Shown piece after piece: positions 35,223 through 48,708 of a stretch of 64,000 nucleotides of DNA. Source of the DNA: Neoechinorhynchus agilis (Eukaryota; Animalia; Acanthocephala); NCBI GenBank assembly GCA_051530055.1, contig CM121342.1:4649489-4713488 (forward strand), given 5' to 3'. The translations under genes and the position numbers were made by a program. Under the pieces are notes generated by a model. The model did no database searches, had not been told where the DNA came from, and saw nothing but the letters and a program-made list of their open reading frames with translations. Within the stretch, counting starts at the first letter, position 1. Every line of letters starts with the position of its first letter.

Positions 35223-36280
35223 GAAAGTCGTTATGAAGCGAAGTGCATGTGAGACATTAACATGGAGTGGGCGGACTTTGTATTAAAATGCTAAAGTATT
35301 ATCAAACCGATGATTGTTATGAGATTCCGTTTGTCTCCTCTTATTCTCCTGAGGATTTGCAACATTTCGACTGCTAATAATGAGACATTGCGTTCATCTT
35401 TGATTGTTAGCTTGGGTTCGTCGTTGGCTGTAAATGTTTCAATCGATATCAACTTCATTGAGATTTGAAATCATCTCTTCATTCAGTCGATGTTCAATTG
35501 CCATTTGAATTAGGTTCTAATATTGAGCGAAAACATTCGTAGATGTCTTAATCCTAGAAAAAAAGACAGTGATTTCGCATTTTCGAATATAGTTTTTATA
35601 CTTAGTCTTCCTAAAACGCTAAGAAAAGCTACGGAAACCATTTTTTATTATTTGAACACACGCACAATAACATTTGTCAGTGTAACTTGTAATCGCACAG
35701 AAACAGCTATTTCCCTATTGCTGATTGGCATCGATTTTTTTTGTCGAATCGCTCTACAATGGGTAGTCGTTTGTATATTGGTCATTGATGGTAGATGTGG
35801 AAAACCATTTTGGCAATTTATTAGCGACGACGAATCTCTGATGTTCGTATACAGTGACAATATCTTCAACGGACTGTCTGAATATTGAAACTATCATTTC
35901 AACGAGAACGTCTTTTTTGATTTGAACATCTATCGATGCTACAATTCTCTCCACATCGTTTCTAAAGAGTAACGCATTAACAGAGGAAAAAATAGGGATA
36001 TCGGACGAAATAACGGTATTAAATCTATTAATTTAAATCCGTGTGGGGATTACTACCAAAAGAAAGCAATAAAAAAGTGTTAAACGTATATGAACTGTTC
36101 AAAAACCCGCCTCCTTAAGACAAAGGTACTCCTTATGATAATGGATGGCGTTGAAAAGTCGTTAAAGAAACTCTTTGGTGAACAGAATTAGAGACCTCGA
36201 TTTTTGCGATTGTCTTATTCTTAATCATGACTAAAACTTCTATTTAATACGAAATCCGACCATTAAACACTTTTTTGCTA

Positions 36281-36396
36281 GCGAATTATCAATTGATTTA
36301 TTTGATAATTTTCGGCCTCATCAGTTTTTAAATGTGAAAAACAATAGACTGATGAAGAAGGCCGAAAAGTATCAAGTAAATCAATTGATAATTTGC
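36281..36396. repeat. Imperfect inverted repeat (~45-bp arms, ~22-nt loop)
   Basis: Left arm GCGAATTATCAATTGATTTATTTGATAATTTTCGGCC-TCATCAGT. Reverse complement of the right arm is GCAAATTATCAATTGATTTACTTGATACTTTTCGGCCTTCTTCATCAGT. Confidence 0.85.
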
Positions 36397-36406
36397 TGTG
36401 ACTCCA

Positions 36407-36820
36407 TTAAAAAAATTTCAAAGTTGCGAAAAAGAGTAATTCAATTAGCGTAGACCGAACGCAGAAATATCGAAGGCATTGTGAAAAATCAAACCTGAAG
36501 CTGTAAATAATTGGTGTACACAGTTTAGCCGATACGTCTTTGCAGAATTGTGAAAGTTCTGCGACCCTCGTTTCTGGTAGATTATATGAGCGATTGATAT
36601 CAATATCATAAGCTGTTGAGTTCTCCTTTAGCCAAGCATAAATCGATTTCGGTTTCTGAAGACGAGCATCCATCTCAGCCAACACGTCTGATATCGTGTC
36701 CTTAAGTTCATTAAGAAGCATGGAAATAGCTTTTTCTTTAGAATCCAACAGAAACCTGTTTCTAGTTCCGAAATTAGAATCCTCATCGCCACCAAAAGCG
36801 GAGCTGCTGAACGCTTCCAT
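36407..36820 (-). CDS. Unknown protein, probably the first exon of a gene continuing towards 35300-36000
   Basis: ATG-initiated 137-codon ORF with protein-like composition and an AT-rich, intron-like 3' tail. Further protein-like minus frames lie at 35650-35960. Confidence 0.45.
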   Translation of the reverse strand: MEAFSSSAFGGDEDSNFGTRNRFLLDSKEKAISMLLNELKDTISDVLAEMDARLQKPKSIYAWLKENSTAYDIDINRSYNLPETRVAELSQFCKDVSAKLCTPIIYSFRFDFSQCLRYFCVRSTLIELLFFATLKFF

Positions 36821-37133
36821 TTTGAAATGCGAGAAATTATGGGCCCAAGCCTTTTAGTACTTGGGAAGCACGACATTTTTAGATTTCTATGCTACAAAAA
36901 TCGATGCGTTTCGAGTTAACTTTCGTCATTCGGTTTAAAACTTTTGTTGCCATGACTTACTGATTACCATAGGCTTCTTTTTTTAGCTAAAGATTGATTA
37001 TATTTCGTAGAACAAAGTTTTTGAAATACTGTGACGATAATCAATATTCCATCGCAGTCAAAATGAACGCCTATGCTATGAATGAAAAGGGGCAGATCGG
37101 CGATTTTACCAAGATTCACAATCAGCAATATTC

Positions 37134-38637
37134 ATTTCATTGGATATTTAAAATTGGAAGTTAAAGAAATAATCAAAGCGACATTTTCTTAAAGATTCAT
37201 TTGCCATAAAATCTCACTAGACAAAAAATGGTTTAGAAAAAATACAAAATTTGAATTATTATGCGATTTCAAACAGACTAATAATTCTGTGCGATGTTTC
37301 AAAGTTAATTGAATATTTAAAATTGGAAGTTAAAGAAATAATCAAAGCGACATTTTCTTAAAGATTCATTTGCCATAAAATCTCACTAGACAAAAAATGG
37401 TTTAGAAAAAATACAAAATTTGAATTATTATGCGATTTCAAACAGACTAATAATTCTGTGCGATGTTTCAAAGTTCATTGAATATTTAAAATTGGAAGTT
37501 AAAGAAATAATCAAAGCGACATTTTCTTAAAGATTCATTTGCCATAAAATCTCACTAGACAAAAAATGGTTTAGAAAAAATACAAAATTTGAATTATTAT
37601 GCGATTTCAAACAGACTAATAATTCTGTGCGATGTTTCAAAGTTCATTGAATATTTAAAATTGGAAGTTAAAGAAATAATCAAAGCGACATTTTCTTAAA
37701 GATTCATTTGCCATAAAATCTCACTAGACAAAAAATGGTTTAGAAAAAATACAAAATTTGAATTATTATGCGATTTCAAACAGACTAATAATTCTGTGCG
37801 ATGTTTCAAAGTTCATTGGATATTTAAAATTGGAAGTTAAAGAAATAATCAAAGCGACATTTTCTTAAAGATTCATTTGCCATAAAATCTCACTAGACAA
37901 AAAATGGTTTAGAAAAAATACAAAATTTGAATTATTATGCGATTTCAAACAGACTAATAATTCTGTGCGATGTTTCAAAGTTCATTGGATATTTAAAATT
38001 GGAAGTTAAAGAAATAATCAAAGCGACATTTTCTTAAAGATTCATTTGCCATAAAATCTCACTAGACAAAAATGGTTTAGAAAAAATACAAAATTTGAAT
38101 TATTATGCGATTTCAAACAGACTAATAATTCTGTGCGATGTTTCAAAGTTCATTGGATATTTAAAATTGGAAGTTAAAGAAATAATCAAAGCGACATTTT
38201 CTTAAAGATTCATTTGCCATAAAATCTCACTAGACAAAAAATGGTTTAGAAAAAATACAAAATTTGAATTATTATGCGATTTCAAAGAGACTAATAATTC
38301 TGTGCGATGTTTCAAAGTTCATTGGATATTTAAAATTGGAAGTTAAAGAAATAATCAAAGCGACATTTTCTTAAAGATTCATTTGCCATAAAATCTCACT
38401 AGACAAAAAATGGTTTAGAAAAAATACAAAATTTGAATTATTATGCGATTTCAAACAGACTAATAATTCTGTGCGATGTTTCAAAGTTCATTGAATATTT
38501 AAAATTGGAAGTTAAAGAAATAATCAAAGCGACATTTTCTTAAAGATTCATTTGCCATAAAATCTCACTAGACAAAAAATGGTTTAGAAAAAATACAAAA
38601 TTTGAATTATTATGCGATTTCAAAGAGACTAATAATT
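37134..38637. repeat. Satellite G, 169-bp unit, ~9 copies
   Basis: ATATTTAAAATTGGAAG at 37144, 37313 and 37482. Confidence 0.97.
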
Positions 38638-38986
38638 ATTTTGCTCAAAAAAATTGACGTTGATAAAACTCACTTAACGCAACGGTTAAAAAAGACGAAA
38701 AAAGGTAACATGAAACTTTATTCCGTTCACGTTAATTGCGGTGATATTTGATTTTCTCAAGAAACAATCGATTTATAATTAGTTTTGTATTAGCGGAAGT
38801 ATGGTATCTATGTTTAGAGTCTTTTTCCAACTGACTTTATCGCATCCTTTGGTGATCTGAAACATAAACTGAGTTTCAAAACCTAAAGAAAATTAAAGAG
38901 TATTCGCTATCGTTTTCAAAAGTGAACTGCAAAACCACAAATATACCCAGCTTTTTATAAACCATTTAGAAACAACCATTGAGAAC

Positions 38987-39751
38987 TTAGACAAGCGTTT
39001 CTGTTCTAGCTCCGTTGAATTCGTTTTCACATAAAGAACTCATTGAACTAAGACCTGTATCGGAATCATCACTTGACACCATTAAAGCAGCAGTACAGTG
39101 TTTTTTCTCAATCATGATTTTCATTTCATGTAGTTGCTTCGTTCGAATATCAACCAATTTATCAAGTGCATTCTGAGCAGCTTCCATTGATTTGCTTTCA
39201 GCATTAAGACGCTCTCCTCTGTCTGTTGCATCATTGATCATCTCATTCAAACTTAAAAATAAGATAATGTCATCGGTAGAATAAAGCTGGGACGATGCTA
39301 CAAGGTTCAACAACTTAGTCGACTCCCGAATCGCTAGATCAAACTTTTGCATTTTCTCTGCTTGTTGTTTTAAAATCATATTCTGAGATCTAATTCTTTT
39401 CCGCAGATTTCGAGCCGATACTCGCGGGTCTGCGGGAATTCTTATAAGCTCCAATATTGAACAAGGCATCTCGGAAAAAACCTCAGATATACTCTTCACG
39501 TCTTGTTCGAAACGTGTTAGTATCCTCGATTCACCACAACTTGTTCTTATGAGACGATAGAGGTCAAAGTATCGCATATTGATTTTACTATCAAATAAAA
39601 TAGCTTCGATTAACTGAGACACCGTCGTGTGTTGGTTGATTCCTTTAACCCACTTTCGAGTATTCCCAAAGTATACCGGGATCGGATTGAGCGATGTAGT
39701 TTCGTTTGTTTTTCTAGAGTTGGTGGACGAACATTTTCCACAGTAGTCCAT
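38987..39751 (-). CDS. N-terminal Ras-association domain family protein (RASSF9/10-like)
   Basis: RA domain IPVYFGNTRKWVKGINQHTTVSQLIEAIL...YRLI...ESRIL, a coiled coil, SDDSDTGLSS, and a terminal ETLV PDZ ligand, as in RASSF9/10-type proteins. Confidence 0.8.
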   Translation of the reverse strand: MDYCGKCSSTNSRKTNETTSLNPIPVYFGNTRKWVKGINQHTTVSQLIEAILFDSKINMRYFDLYRLIRTSCGESRILTRFEQDVKSISEVFSEMPCSILELIRIPADPRVSARNLRKRIRSQNMILKQQAEKMQKFDLAIRESTKLLNLVASSQLYSTDDIILFLSLNEMINDATDRGERLNAESKSMEAAQNALDKLVDIRTKQLHEMKIMIEKKHCTAALMVSSDDSDTGLSSMSSLCENEFNGARTETLV

Positions 39752-40605
39752 AATCTCGAATCTACAATCGCGTTAAAGTCATTTATTCGTACGAAAACAA
39801 AAGAAGAAGAGAATGTAGCATTCATTGAGCTTTCACGTTAACTAAATTGCTACGCGTTCAAGATGATTCAGTTCTCGCACAATCCTCAATTAAAGAGAAA
39901 TACTCTTTGCCACGCTATTTATAAGTTGAATTTATCTTTCAAATATTTCTAAGATCCTCAATGCGAACTCTGAATTAATCACAAATGTTTCGGTTCGCTT
40001 TAAAGACCAAAGATGGAGATTTCACTTACAAAATCGAAATTTAAACGAGATATTTCTTGATGGCGGGTCGAAACATGAGAACTGACATTTAGAACGTCTA
40101 AAGATTTGGAACAATCATCGGGATAAAAGAAAACGAATACCGAAGCTTGATGAAATATGAGCAGATTTAAAACTAAAGCGAAATCATAGTGCTGTTTTCG
40201 TAGGTCCTGTCAATAAATGGTGAAATCTAAGACATTGTCGAGCCTATAAATGTCTTAGATCATTGATAGCAAAAGAAAATGACATTTATCAGTGAAATTG
40301 AAAAATCAAAGAGAAAATGAGAGGGGTACTAAAGAACGCCAACTTTTACGCCTTCGTGAACAGATGATTCGTGGTAGGAATTTGATTTTTAAATTTAATC
40401 AAATTATAGTCATTATGAGTACCGTACTGGAGAGTCGTTTAAGAGAAAAACTTTTGGTTAAGAATTAGAAGCAAAATGGACGCTATTTACTCGTGAAATA
40501 CTAATTGAATTTGCCGTCGCGTGATTTAGTTTTGGTTTTAAATGGACGCTTGGGCAGACATCATTATAAAGAAAATCTTTAATCTCAAGCTACTTTTGGA
40601 GGTGA

Positions 40606-42010
40606 GACGAACTTTACGCATCTCTACGCTCCTTTGTAGATTCCTGAACAAAACGTAAAACGGCGAAAACTCTCGGGTAAATGAAGATTTTCTAGTTTTT
40701 ATTTTCGAAAACAAAACTTTTTTCTAAAGACACGACGATTTCATTAGTTCAAAAGCTCATTTTCTCGGACGTCGACGAACTTTACGCGTCTCTTCGCTCC
40801 TTTGTAGATTCCTGAACAAAACGTAAAACGGCGAAAACTCTCGGGCAAATAAAGATTTTCTAGTTTTTATTTTGAAAAACAAAACTTTTTTCTAAAGACA
40901 CGACGATTTCATTAGTTCAAAAGCTCATTTTCTCGGACGTCGACGAACTTTACGCGTCTCTTCGCTCCTTTGTAGATTCCTGAACAAAACGTAAAACGGC
41001 GAAAACTCTCGGGCAAATGAAGATTTTCTAGTTTTTATTTTCGAAAACAAAACTTTTTTCTAAAGACACGACGATTTCATTAGTTCAAAAGCTCATTTTC
41101 TCGGACGTCGACGAACTTTAGGCGTCTCTTCGCTCCTTTGTAGATTCCTGAACAAAACGTAAAACGGCGAAAACTCTCGGGCAAATGAAGATTTTCTAGT
41201 TTTTATTTTGAAAAACAAAACTTTTTTCTAAAGACACGACGATTTCATTAGTTCAAAAGCTCATTTTCTCGGACGTCGACGAACTTTACGCGTCTCTTCG
41301 CTCCTTTGTAGATTCCTGAACAAAACGTAAAACGGCGAAAACTCTCGGGCAAATAAAGATTTTCTAGTTTTTATTTTCGAAAACAAAACTTTTTTCTAAA
41401 GACACGACGATTTCATTAGTTCAAAAGCTCATTTTCTCGGACGTCGACGAACTTTACGCGTCTCTTCGCTCCTTTGTAGATTCCTGAACAAAACGTAAAA
41501 CGGCGAAAACTCTCGGGCAAATGAAGATTTTCTAGTTTTTATTTTGAAAAACAAAACTTTTTTCTAAAGACACGACGATTTCATTAGTTCAAAAGCTCAT
41601 TTTCTCGGACGTCGACGAACTTTACGCGTCTCTTCGCTCCTTTGTAGATTCCTGAACAAAACGTTAAACGGCGAAAACTCTCGGGCAAATAAAGATTTTC
41701 TAGTTTTTATTTTGAAAAACAAAACTTTTTTCTAAAGACACGACGATTTCATTAGTTCAAAAGCTCATTTTCTCGGACGTCGACGAACTTTAGGCGTCTC
41801 TTCGCTCCTTTGTAGATTCCTGAACAAAACGTAAAACGGCGAAAACTCTCGGGCAAATGAAGATTTTCTAGTTTTTATTTTCAAAAACAAAACTTTTTTC
41901 TAAAGACACGACGATTTCATTAGTTCAAAAGCTCATTTTCTCGGACGTCGACGAACTTTACGCGTCACCTGAACAAAACGTTAAACGGCGAAAACTCTCG
42001 GGCAAATAAA
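40606..42010. repeat. Satellite A, second locus (~8 copies, same orientation)
   Basis: Same 168-bp unit as 5117-8673 but starting and ending at different phases, with unrelated flanks. Confidence 0.97.
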
Positions 42011-42896
42011 TATTTTCATTCTATCATTAAAACCGACAAAATGTCCATTTTGGAAATTTTTGGAGACGGTCTAATTAATTCAAAATGAAATGTCGAGCAC
42101 TGTAGCCCGGAAAATATACGAGAAGTTTATTTCGATTAGTCAACTCGTAAAACCCATTGGAAAAACACTGAATGAAATTAAAAAACCAAATAATTGAAGC
42201 CAATAAAAATAGTCGAGACATTTATTGCTTCTGAAAAATTCGAAATTTTTGAAGTGGCACATTTATTGTGTATACATTTCTCAGCATAGACTTTTATTTT
42301 GACCTTTTCTTTAGGTCTCGTTTCTTTACTTGTCTGACACGAGTTGTACAAAAAAAAGAATTTTTCGAGGATGAAAAACCAGCGAGATAGCCGAAGGGTG
42401 AATCGTTAGAATATTGATCGATAAAGACTTTCTTTTACTTTCCTCCATACATTCTCCGACTTTATCTCGCCAAGCCCAAAATACCTAGACTTCTTTATAT
42501 ACCGGCCGATAAAATAAAGATCCAGAAATGGCCTAGACGATATCTCTAAAATCAAATATTTAAAATGCGCTGAAAAATGCCGTTCGTCGGTTCAGTTCAA
42601 AAGTCCTCATTGAGATTTTTAAGGACGAGAACTGATTGGAAATCAATAAGTATTTAAAAAATGAATAGTACTAAGCAACTTGAACATTTCAAAAAGCAAC
42701 TCAACAAAAAAGATTGAAAAGTCATTTCCAATATTTCGGCATAATCTCAGCCCTGATCAATAAATTCTTTTAATTTTTTAAGCCAGATACAAACATGAAC
42801 AATTAAATCTTTAAACAACTCATGAATTGAAGACTAATATGAAAGAACCAACGTATTTCATTGAACGATTTAATAGATTTTTCTATTAAAAGGCAA

Positions 42897-44870
42897 TTTA
42901 AAAATTTTGGTTTAAAACTTTATCGTTTGCCGTACAAAAAATGTTTCCTTGGAATCTTTTAAAAGAAATGCCACGAGGCAACGAATTTTTTCTATTGAAA
43001 ACAAAACGTAAAATACAAATCTACCGAAAAAAATCAAATTTTAATTTAAAAAATTTTGGTTTGAAACTTAACCGATCGCGGGATAAAAAATGTTTCCTTG
43101 GAATCTTTTAAAAGAAATGCCACGAGGCAACGAATTTCTCCATTAAAAACAAAACGTAAAATACAAATCTACCGAAAAAAATATAATTTCAACTAAAAAA
43201 TTTTGGTTTAAAACTTTATCGATTGCGGGATAAAAAAGGTTTCCTTGGAATCTTTTAAAAGAAATGCCACGAGGCAACGAATTTTTTCTATTAAAAACAA
43301 AACGTAAAATACAAATCTACCGAAAAAATATAATTTCAACTAAAAAATTTTGGTTTGAAACTTAACCGATCGCGGGATAAAAAATGTTTCCTTGGAATCT
43401 TTTAAAAGAAATGCCACGAGGCAACGAATTTCTCCATTAAAAACAAAACGTAAAATACAAATCTACTGAAAAAAATATAATTTCAACTAAAAAATTTTGG
43501 TTTAAAACTTTATCGTTTGCCGTACAAAAAATGTTTCCTTGGAATCTTTTAAAAGAAATGCCACGAGGCAACGAATTTCTCCATTAAAAACAAAACGTAA
43601 AATACAAATCTACTGAAAAAAATATAATTTCAACTAAAAAATTTTGGTTTGAAACTTAACCGATCGCGGGATAAAAAATGTTTCCTTGGAATCTTTTAAA
43701 AGAAATGCCACGAGGCAACGAATTTCTCCATTAAAAACAAAACGTAAAATACAAATCTACCGAAAAAAATATAATTTCAACTAAAAAATTTTGGTTTAAA
43801 ACTTAACCGATCGCGGGATAAAAAAGGTTTCCTTGGAATCATTAAAAAGAAATGCCATGCGGCAACGGATTTTTTCTATTAAAAATAAAACGTAAAATAC
43901 AAATCTACCGAAAAAATATAATTTCAACTAAAAAATTTTGGTTTGAAACTTAACCGATCGCGGGATAAAAAATGTTTCCTTGGAATCTTTTAAAAGAAAT
44001 GCCACGAGGCAACGAATTTCTCCATTAAAAACAAAACGTAAAATACAAATCTACTGAAAAATATAATTTCAACTAAAAAATTTTGGTTTAAAACTTAACC
44101 GATCGCGGGATAAAAAGGTTTCCTTGGAATCATTAAAAAGAAATGCCATGCGGCAACGGATTTTTTCTATTAAAAATAAAACGTAAAATACAAATCTACC
44201 GAAAAAATATAATTTCAACTAAAAAATTTTGGTTTGAAACTTAACCGATCGCGGGATAAAAAATGTTTCCTTGGAATCTTTTAAAAGAAATGCCACGAGG
44301 CAACGAATTTCTCCATTAAAAACAAAACGTAAAATACAAATCTACTGAAAAAAATATAATTTCAACTAAAAAATTTTGGTTTAAAACTTAACCGATCGCG
44401 GGATAAAAAAGGTTTCCTTGGAATCTTAAAAGAAATGCCAGGGCAACGATTTTCATTAAAAAAAAACGTAAAATACAAATCTACGAAAAAAATAATTTCA
44501 ACTAAAAAATTTTGGTTTAAACTTTATCGTTGCGGACAAAAAATGTTTCCTTGGAATCTTTTAAAAGAAATGCCACGAGGCAACGAATTTCTCCATTAAA
44601 AACCAAACGTAAAATACAAATCTACCGAAAAAATATAATTTCAACTAAAAAATTTTGGTTTGAAACTTAACCGATCGCGGGATAAAAAATGTTTCCTTGG
44701 AATCTTTTAAAAGAAATGCCACGAGGCAACGAATTTCTCCATTAAAAACAAAACGTAAAATACAAATCTACCGAAAAAAATCAAATTTCAACTAAAAAAA
44801 TTTTGGTTTAAAACTTAACCGATCGCGGGATTTTTTTTCTATGAAAAACAGAACGTAAAAATAGAAATGT
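42897..44870. repeat. Satellite H, ~147-bp unit, ~13 copies
   Basis: TTTTGGTTT(G/A)AAACTT at 42905, 43054, 43201 and 43348. Confidence 0.95.
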
Positions 44871-45090
44871 AGAGAAATTGGGATTGACTTTTAAAGGCAG
44901 GTTAAAGGATTATTTAGTCAGTTAGCGGGAGCATAGTAGAGATTTGTATTTATTACCATAAAGACCACACATTTTAACTTGAGAGTTGTTTTTACTTTTT
45001 CTAATATATTCCATTCAAGATTTATTTAGAACTTAATTCCTATTATTTGCAACGGTCGATTGAGTGTCCCAAATGTTTTATTTTTAGAGA

Positions 45091-46630
45091 ATGAAGAAAT
45101 TACTGATGATCTTCGCTGCATTGCTTCGCGTGATCATATACAAAGTATCAATTGATCACGACATGAGCCACAATACATCGGCTGAAGTTCGAATTACCGA
45201 TATTGATTTTGACGTAATGATGGATGCTGCTGATTTCACTGCTAAAGTACGAACTTCTTTTATTTTTAAATCTTGAACATGTCTTAAGCACGAATCGCCT
45301 TACAATCGTCCAACATATCGATACAGTCCAATCCTCGCTCACATTTATCGTTTAACTCGGCCTTACAGTCGCGAATACCTTCTTGTATTGGACGCTGTAA
45401 CATCCTATCTCACATGGAAACTCAGCAGAACTCAGTCTATGTTTTCACTTTCGCTAGCAATCCTTAATCCTTTTAATATTGTAATTTCAGCCAGAGGAAA
45501 TTGCGATGTGCTCACCGTATTGTTTGTGATATTAGTACTTTATTACATAAAGGTCAATGGCGTTCATTAGCCTCAATGATTGCCATTCTAAAGAAAAAGA
45601 TGGTTTTTGTTCTTTATTTATAGCAGGAATCTTCTATGGTACAAGCGTTCACTTCAAAATATATCCAATCATCTATGCTCCTTCCATTTTACTACACTTA
45701 TCGTTAAAGCGTTCTATTCGATTTTACGCTGGAGCTGCTTTCAGTTTTCTCATACTCGGAATCTTGTCAATTCAACTAACCGATATTCAGTCATTCGCTT
45801 TTCACACATATTTCTATCATCTTACAAGGAAAGATATTCGACACAATTTTTCTCCTTTCTATTATTGGATGTACTTATCGGAAACATCAGAAATGTCCAA
45901 ACTCCAATCGATAATGACAAAATACTCGGTTTTCGTGCTTCAGGTATTCGTGTTACTTTTTAAACTTTAAGTCAATTTGATTAAAAAAAAGGCGATATCG
46001 TTGGTTTCAATAGCAATAAAATTCTATCGCCATCTTCATATTTGCTTCTTTCTTCAAACGTTCTTATTTGTTGCTCTCAACAAAGTGTCTACTTCACAGG
46101 TATCGAAATTTAGTTCCGATTATGTTTGGAGATCATTTCTTAAATTCAGGTAAATTTTTTTTATTATTCAAAATATTAGTTTAATTTCAAAATTCTAACA
46201 TTCAAGTTTATGAGATCTTAGAAACTGTAAAATTTTCGTTGTTTTAGAATAAAAAAAACTTGGATTTAAGAGTGATCACCTTGGATAAATAATTTTTTTT
46301 ACTTATTAGCTTCTATAGTATTTTACTTGGTATTTGTATTTACTGCCTGCATTTATCGATGATTTGAACGCATCGAAGTATTGCATTTGCTGCATCGGAT
46401 CAGCGTATCTATTTGGACAAGTGAGTTTTGTTTACTTTTTTTCTAATGTTTGATTTCATTTATAGGCCCTTTGGCTGTATAATGCCTATAGACTTGAGTT
46501 TCTGATGGATAATTCGTTCGTTGCCATTTGGTTGAGTTCTTTAGTCTATTTCGGAGTGACCTTACAGATAATCGGAATGATCGTGAGAAATTATAGAGCT
46601 GCTTTGTGTACAAATAAAAAAGACGATTAA
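45091..46630 (+). CDS. PIGM: GPI mannosyltransferase 1 (PIG-M), 6 exons
   Basis: Motifs RITDIDFDV..DAA, SPYNRPTYRYSPIL, LNPFNIVISARGNCD, SVHFKIYPIIY, YHLTRKDIRHNFSPFYY, NKVSTSQ/YFTWYL..LP and LWL..AY.LEF. GT-AG introns of about 42, 41, 48, 220 and 45 nt. Confidence 0.95.
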
Positions 46631-46823
46631 GATTTGAAGGTAATGTAACCTTAACAATGACCTTCATAGATATAAAATAAAAACAAGATTGTTGTTTAAT
46701 TTTATTGTTTCTATTGATTTCAATGTTTTTTTTGAACGAATTTTCAATTGGAACGAATAAAAATCATCAGAGAGTATTTAGCATATTTATTGACAAGAAT
46801 GAATTGTACAGATATTTTTCCAC

Positions 46824-47478
46824 TTATTGGTTTCTATTGATAAAGAAACGAGCAATGGTCAGTAGGCCAATTGCGATTCCCGTGATGGGAAACCAGGCAA
46901 AATTAGTAATGTCAGATCTTCGCCGTGTAATATCCGTCCGCACAAAATATTGGACAAAAGCATTCTACATAAATTCTAGTTGTGAAAGTTTTTCTTTAAA
47001 AAGTACTTACCCATCCACCGCTTAAGAAAATCCATGAATTGATTTGCCGTTTCATAAAGACAAAAAGCCAAGATTCGACCGCTTTGATGGATCTCCGTTT
47101 GCTTCGAACTTTTGTACTATGACACATGACTTGACAGAGACATCCGGAGAAACTGAACAGAGCCACGATTCGACCCCATCTAACACAGTCGGGAAAAAGA
47201 TCAAGAGCAACAGCATTGAAAAATTCTTTAAGTTCAGCGACACTCTTCGAATCAGAGGTGGATTTAATTTCTTCTACAATAGAATTAAATCTAGCATGGT
47301 ATCGCTCTTCGAATTCAGCACAGATTAGAATCATTGCATCGTCAGGCTTCTGTTGATTTAATTGGCGTCTAAGACTGTTTGGATAAATTCTGTATCTTAG
47401 ATAAGTTTTAATTATTTTCTTCGTTTGGTCCTCGAAGCGTTGTGTTGCGATTCGAAACGAATTTTGCCGTCTTGTCAT
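46824..47478 (-). CDS. Bcl-2 family protein (BH4-like, BH1, BH2, C-terminal TM anchor), 2 exons
   Basis: Exon 1 (47011-47478) contains TKKIIKTYLRYRI and LFPDCVRWGRIVALFSF. A 46-nt GTAAGT..TGTAG intron (46965-47010) joins BH2 WIFLSGGW|NAFVQYF. Exon 2 (46824-46964) ends FAWFPITGIAIGLLTIARFFINRNQ*. About 202 aa. Confidence 0.93.
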
Positions 47479-48708
47479 TTTAGAATAAACCTGTATAAAC
47501 TTAGTGTCAGTAAAAGATAATCGAAACAGCGCGCGAATGAAAGGCGTTAAGAAAAAAGCGTCAACCAATTAGAACTCGCCACGGATCGCTAAAAACATGA
47601 ATCGTAATTAACCGCCAAACGCATTAGCCACTCTTAACCTGAGCAGCTGATATTATCAAATGATTAATCAGCGCTTATGCCGCTACTGTAGTTCAAAAAA
47701 CCAACAATGGCACGTGAATGAACCGTTGGAGAAAAACGAAATGTTATCTACGAAAACGATTTTTCACAATTATCTGTGACCGATATCTCATATCAATGAT
47801 ATTAAGGTCAAATGTCTGCCGGTGGAAAAGGTGATATTCTTATAAGATTTATTGCGTTTGAAAAAAATTATTCTACGAATAAATCTTGAAAAATAATATA
47901 AAATAGGAAAGGTGTCACTAGGAGCAATAGCAATCATTGAACCAAATGGTAAAAAACCGATACCTTCATCAAAAACGAGTAGCTTTATGATCTTTCAGAA
48001 GCAATAAAATAATTTTACTCTTGGATACATTTTATTTTGGGAGTATTTATTATTGGAAATCGACTAGGTTTTCACCGTATAATAATTTTATGAGAAGAAA
48101 AAGTACATTTGATCACATTTTAAAATCTCTTTATGTCTAAATGAACACACACTTAAAAAAGGTTCGAAGATTTTCTTTAATATACCAAATGTTTTCTATT
48201 ATAATTTTAGTGATTCGCAAACGAAAGGCTCGACAATTTTTTTCCCATTTTTGATGATGATTAGAAGAAACTAAGGGCAAAATATTGCGAAGATTTCTAA
48301 AGACTAAAAAAAGGCAATTAATTGGCCAACTTCTCATCATTCCTGAGGGCGTCAATATTCATTTAAATGATTAGTGGTTCAATTCATCCACATTAACGTT
48401 GCAAATGAGTTCAAGCGAAAGAAGAATTACACTTAAGTGCCCTAAAAGTATAAAATATAGATCCTTTTAATGAGTGGGTGTAAATGAGTTTTCCCAAGCC
48501 AGCAATTAAGAATCTTTAATGACTGGGAAGTATCGATTGTAGTGGCTGGGGTCGATAAGAACCTGCTGTTTGTTAAGGATAAAGATAGAACTGTTCAAAA
48601 AAACCAATGCTGAAAAGGGATCCAAAAAAATTGCTAGGTGAAAATGGTCGAGATAAGCGAATCAAATAATGATTATCACGTGATTTCTGCAATACGCCAC
48701 CGACGAAG

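Noticed and set aside
45553-45598. Apparent non-canonical GT-AA intron in PIGM
   Set aside because: One missing A in the AAAAA run after the AG restores a canonical in-frame junction; homopolymer slips are evident in the satellite copies.
46705-47328. Plus-strand ORFs 46705-47025 and 47044-47328
   Set aside because: Antisense shadows of the Bcl-2-like exons.
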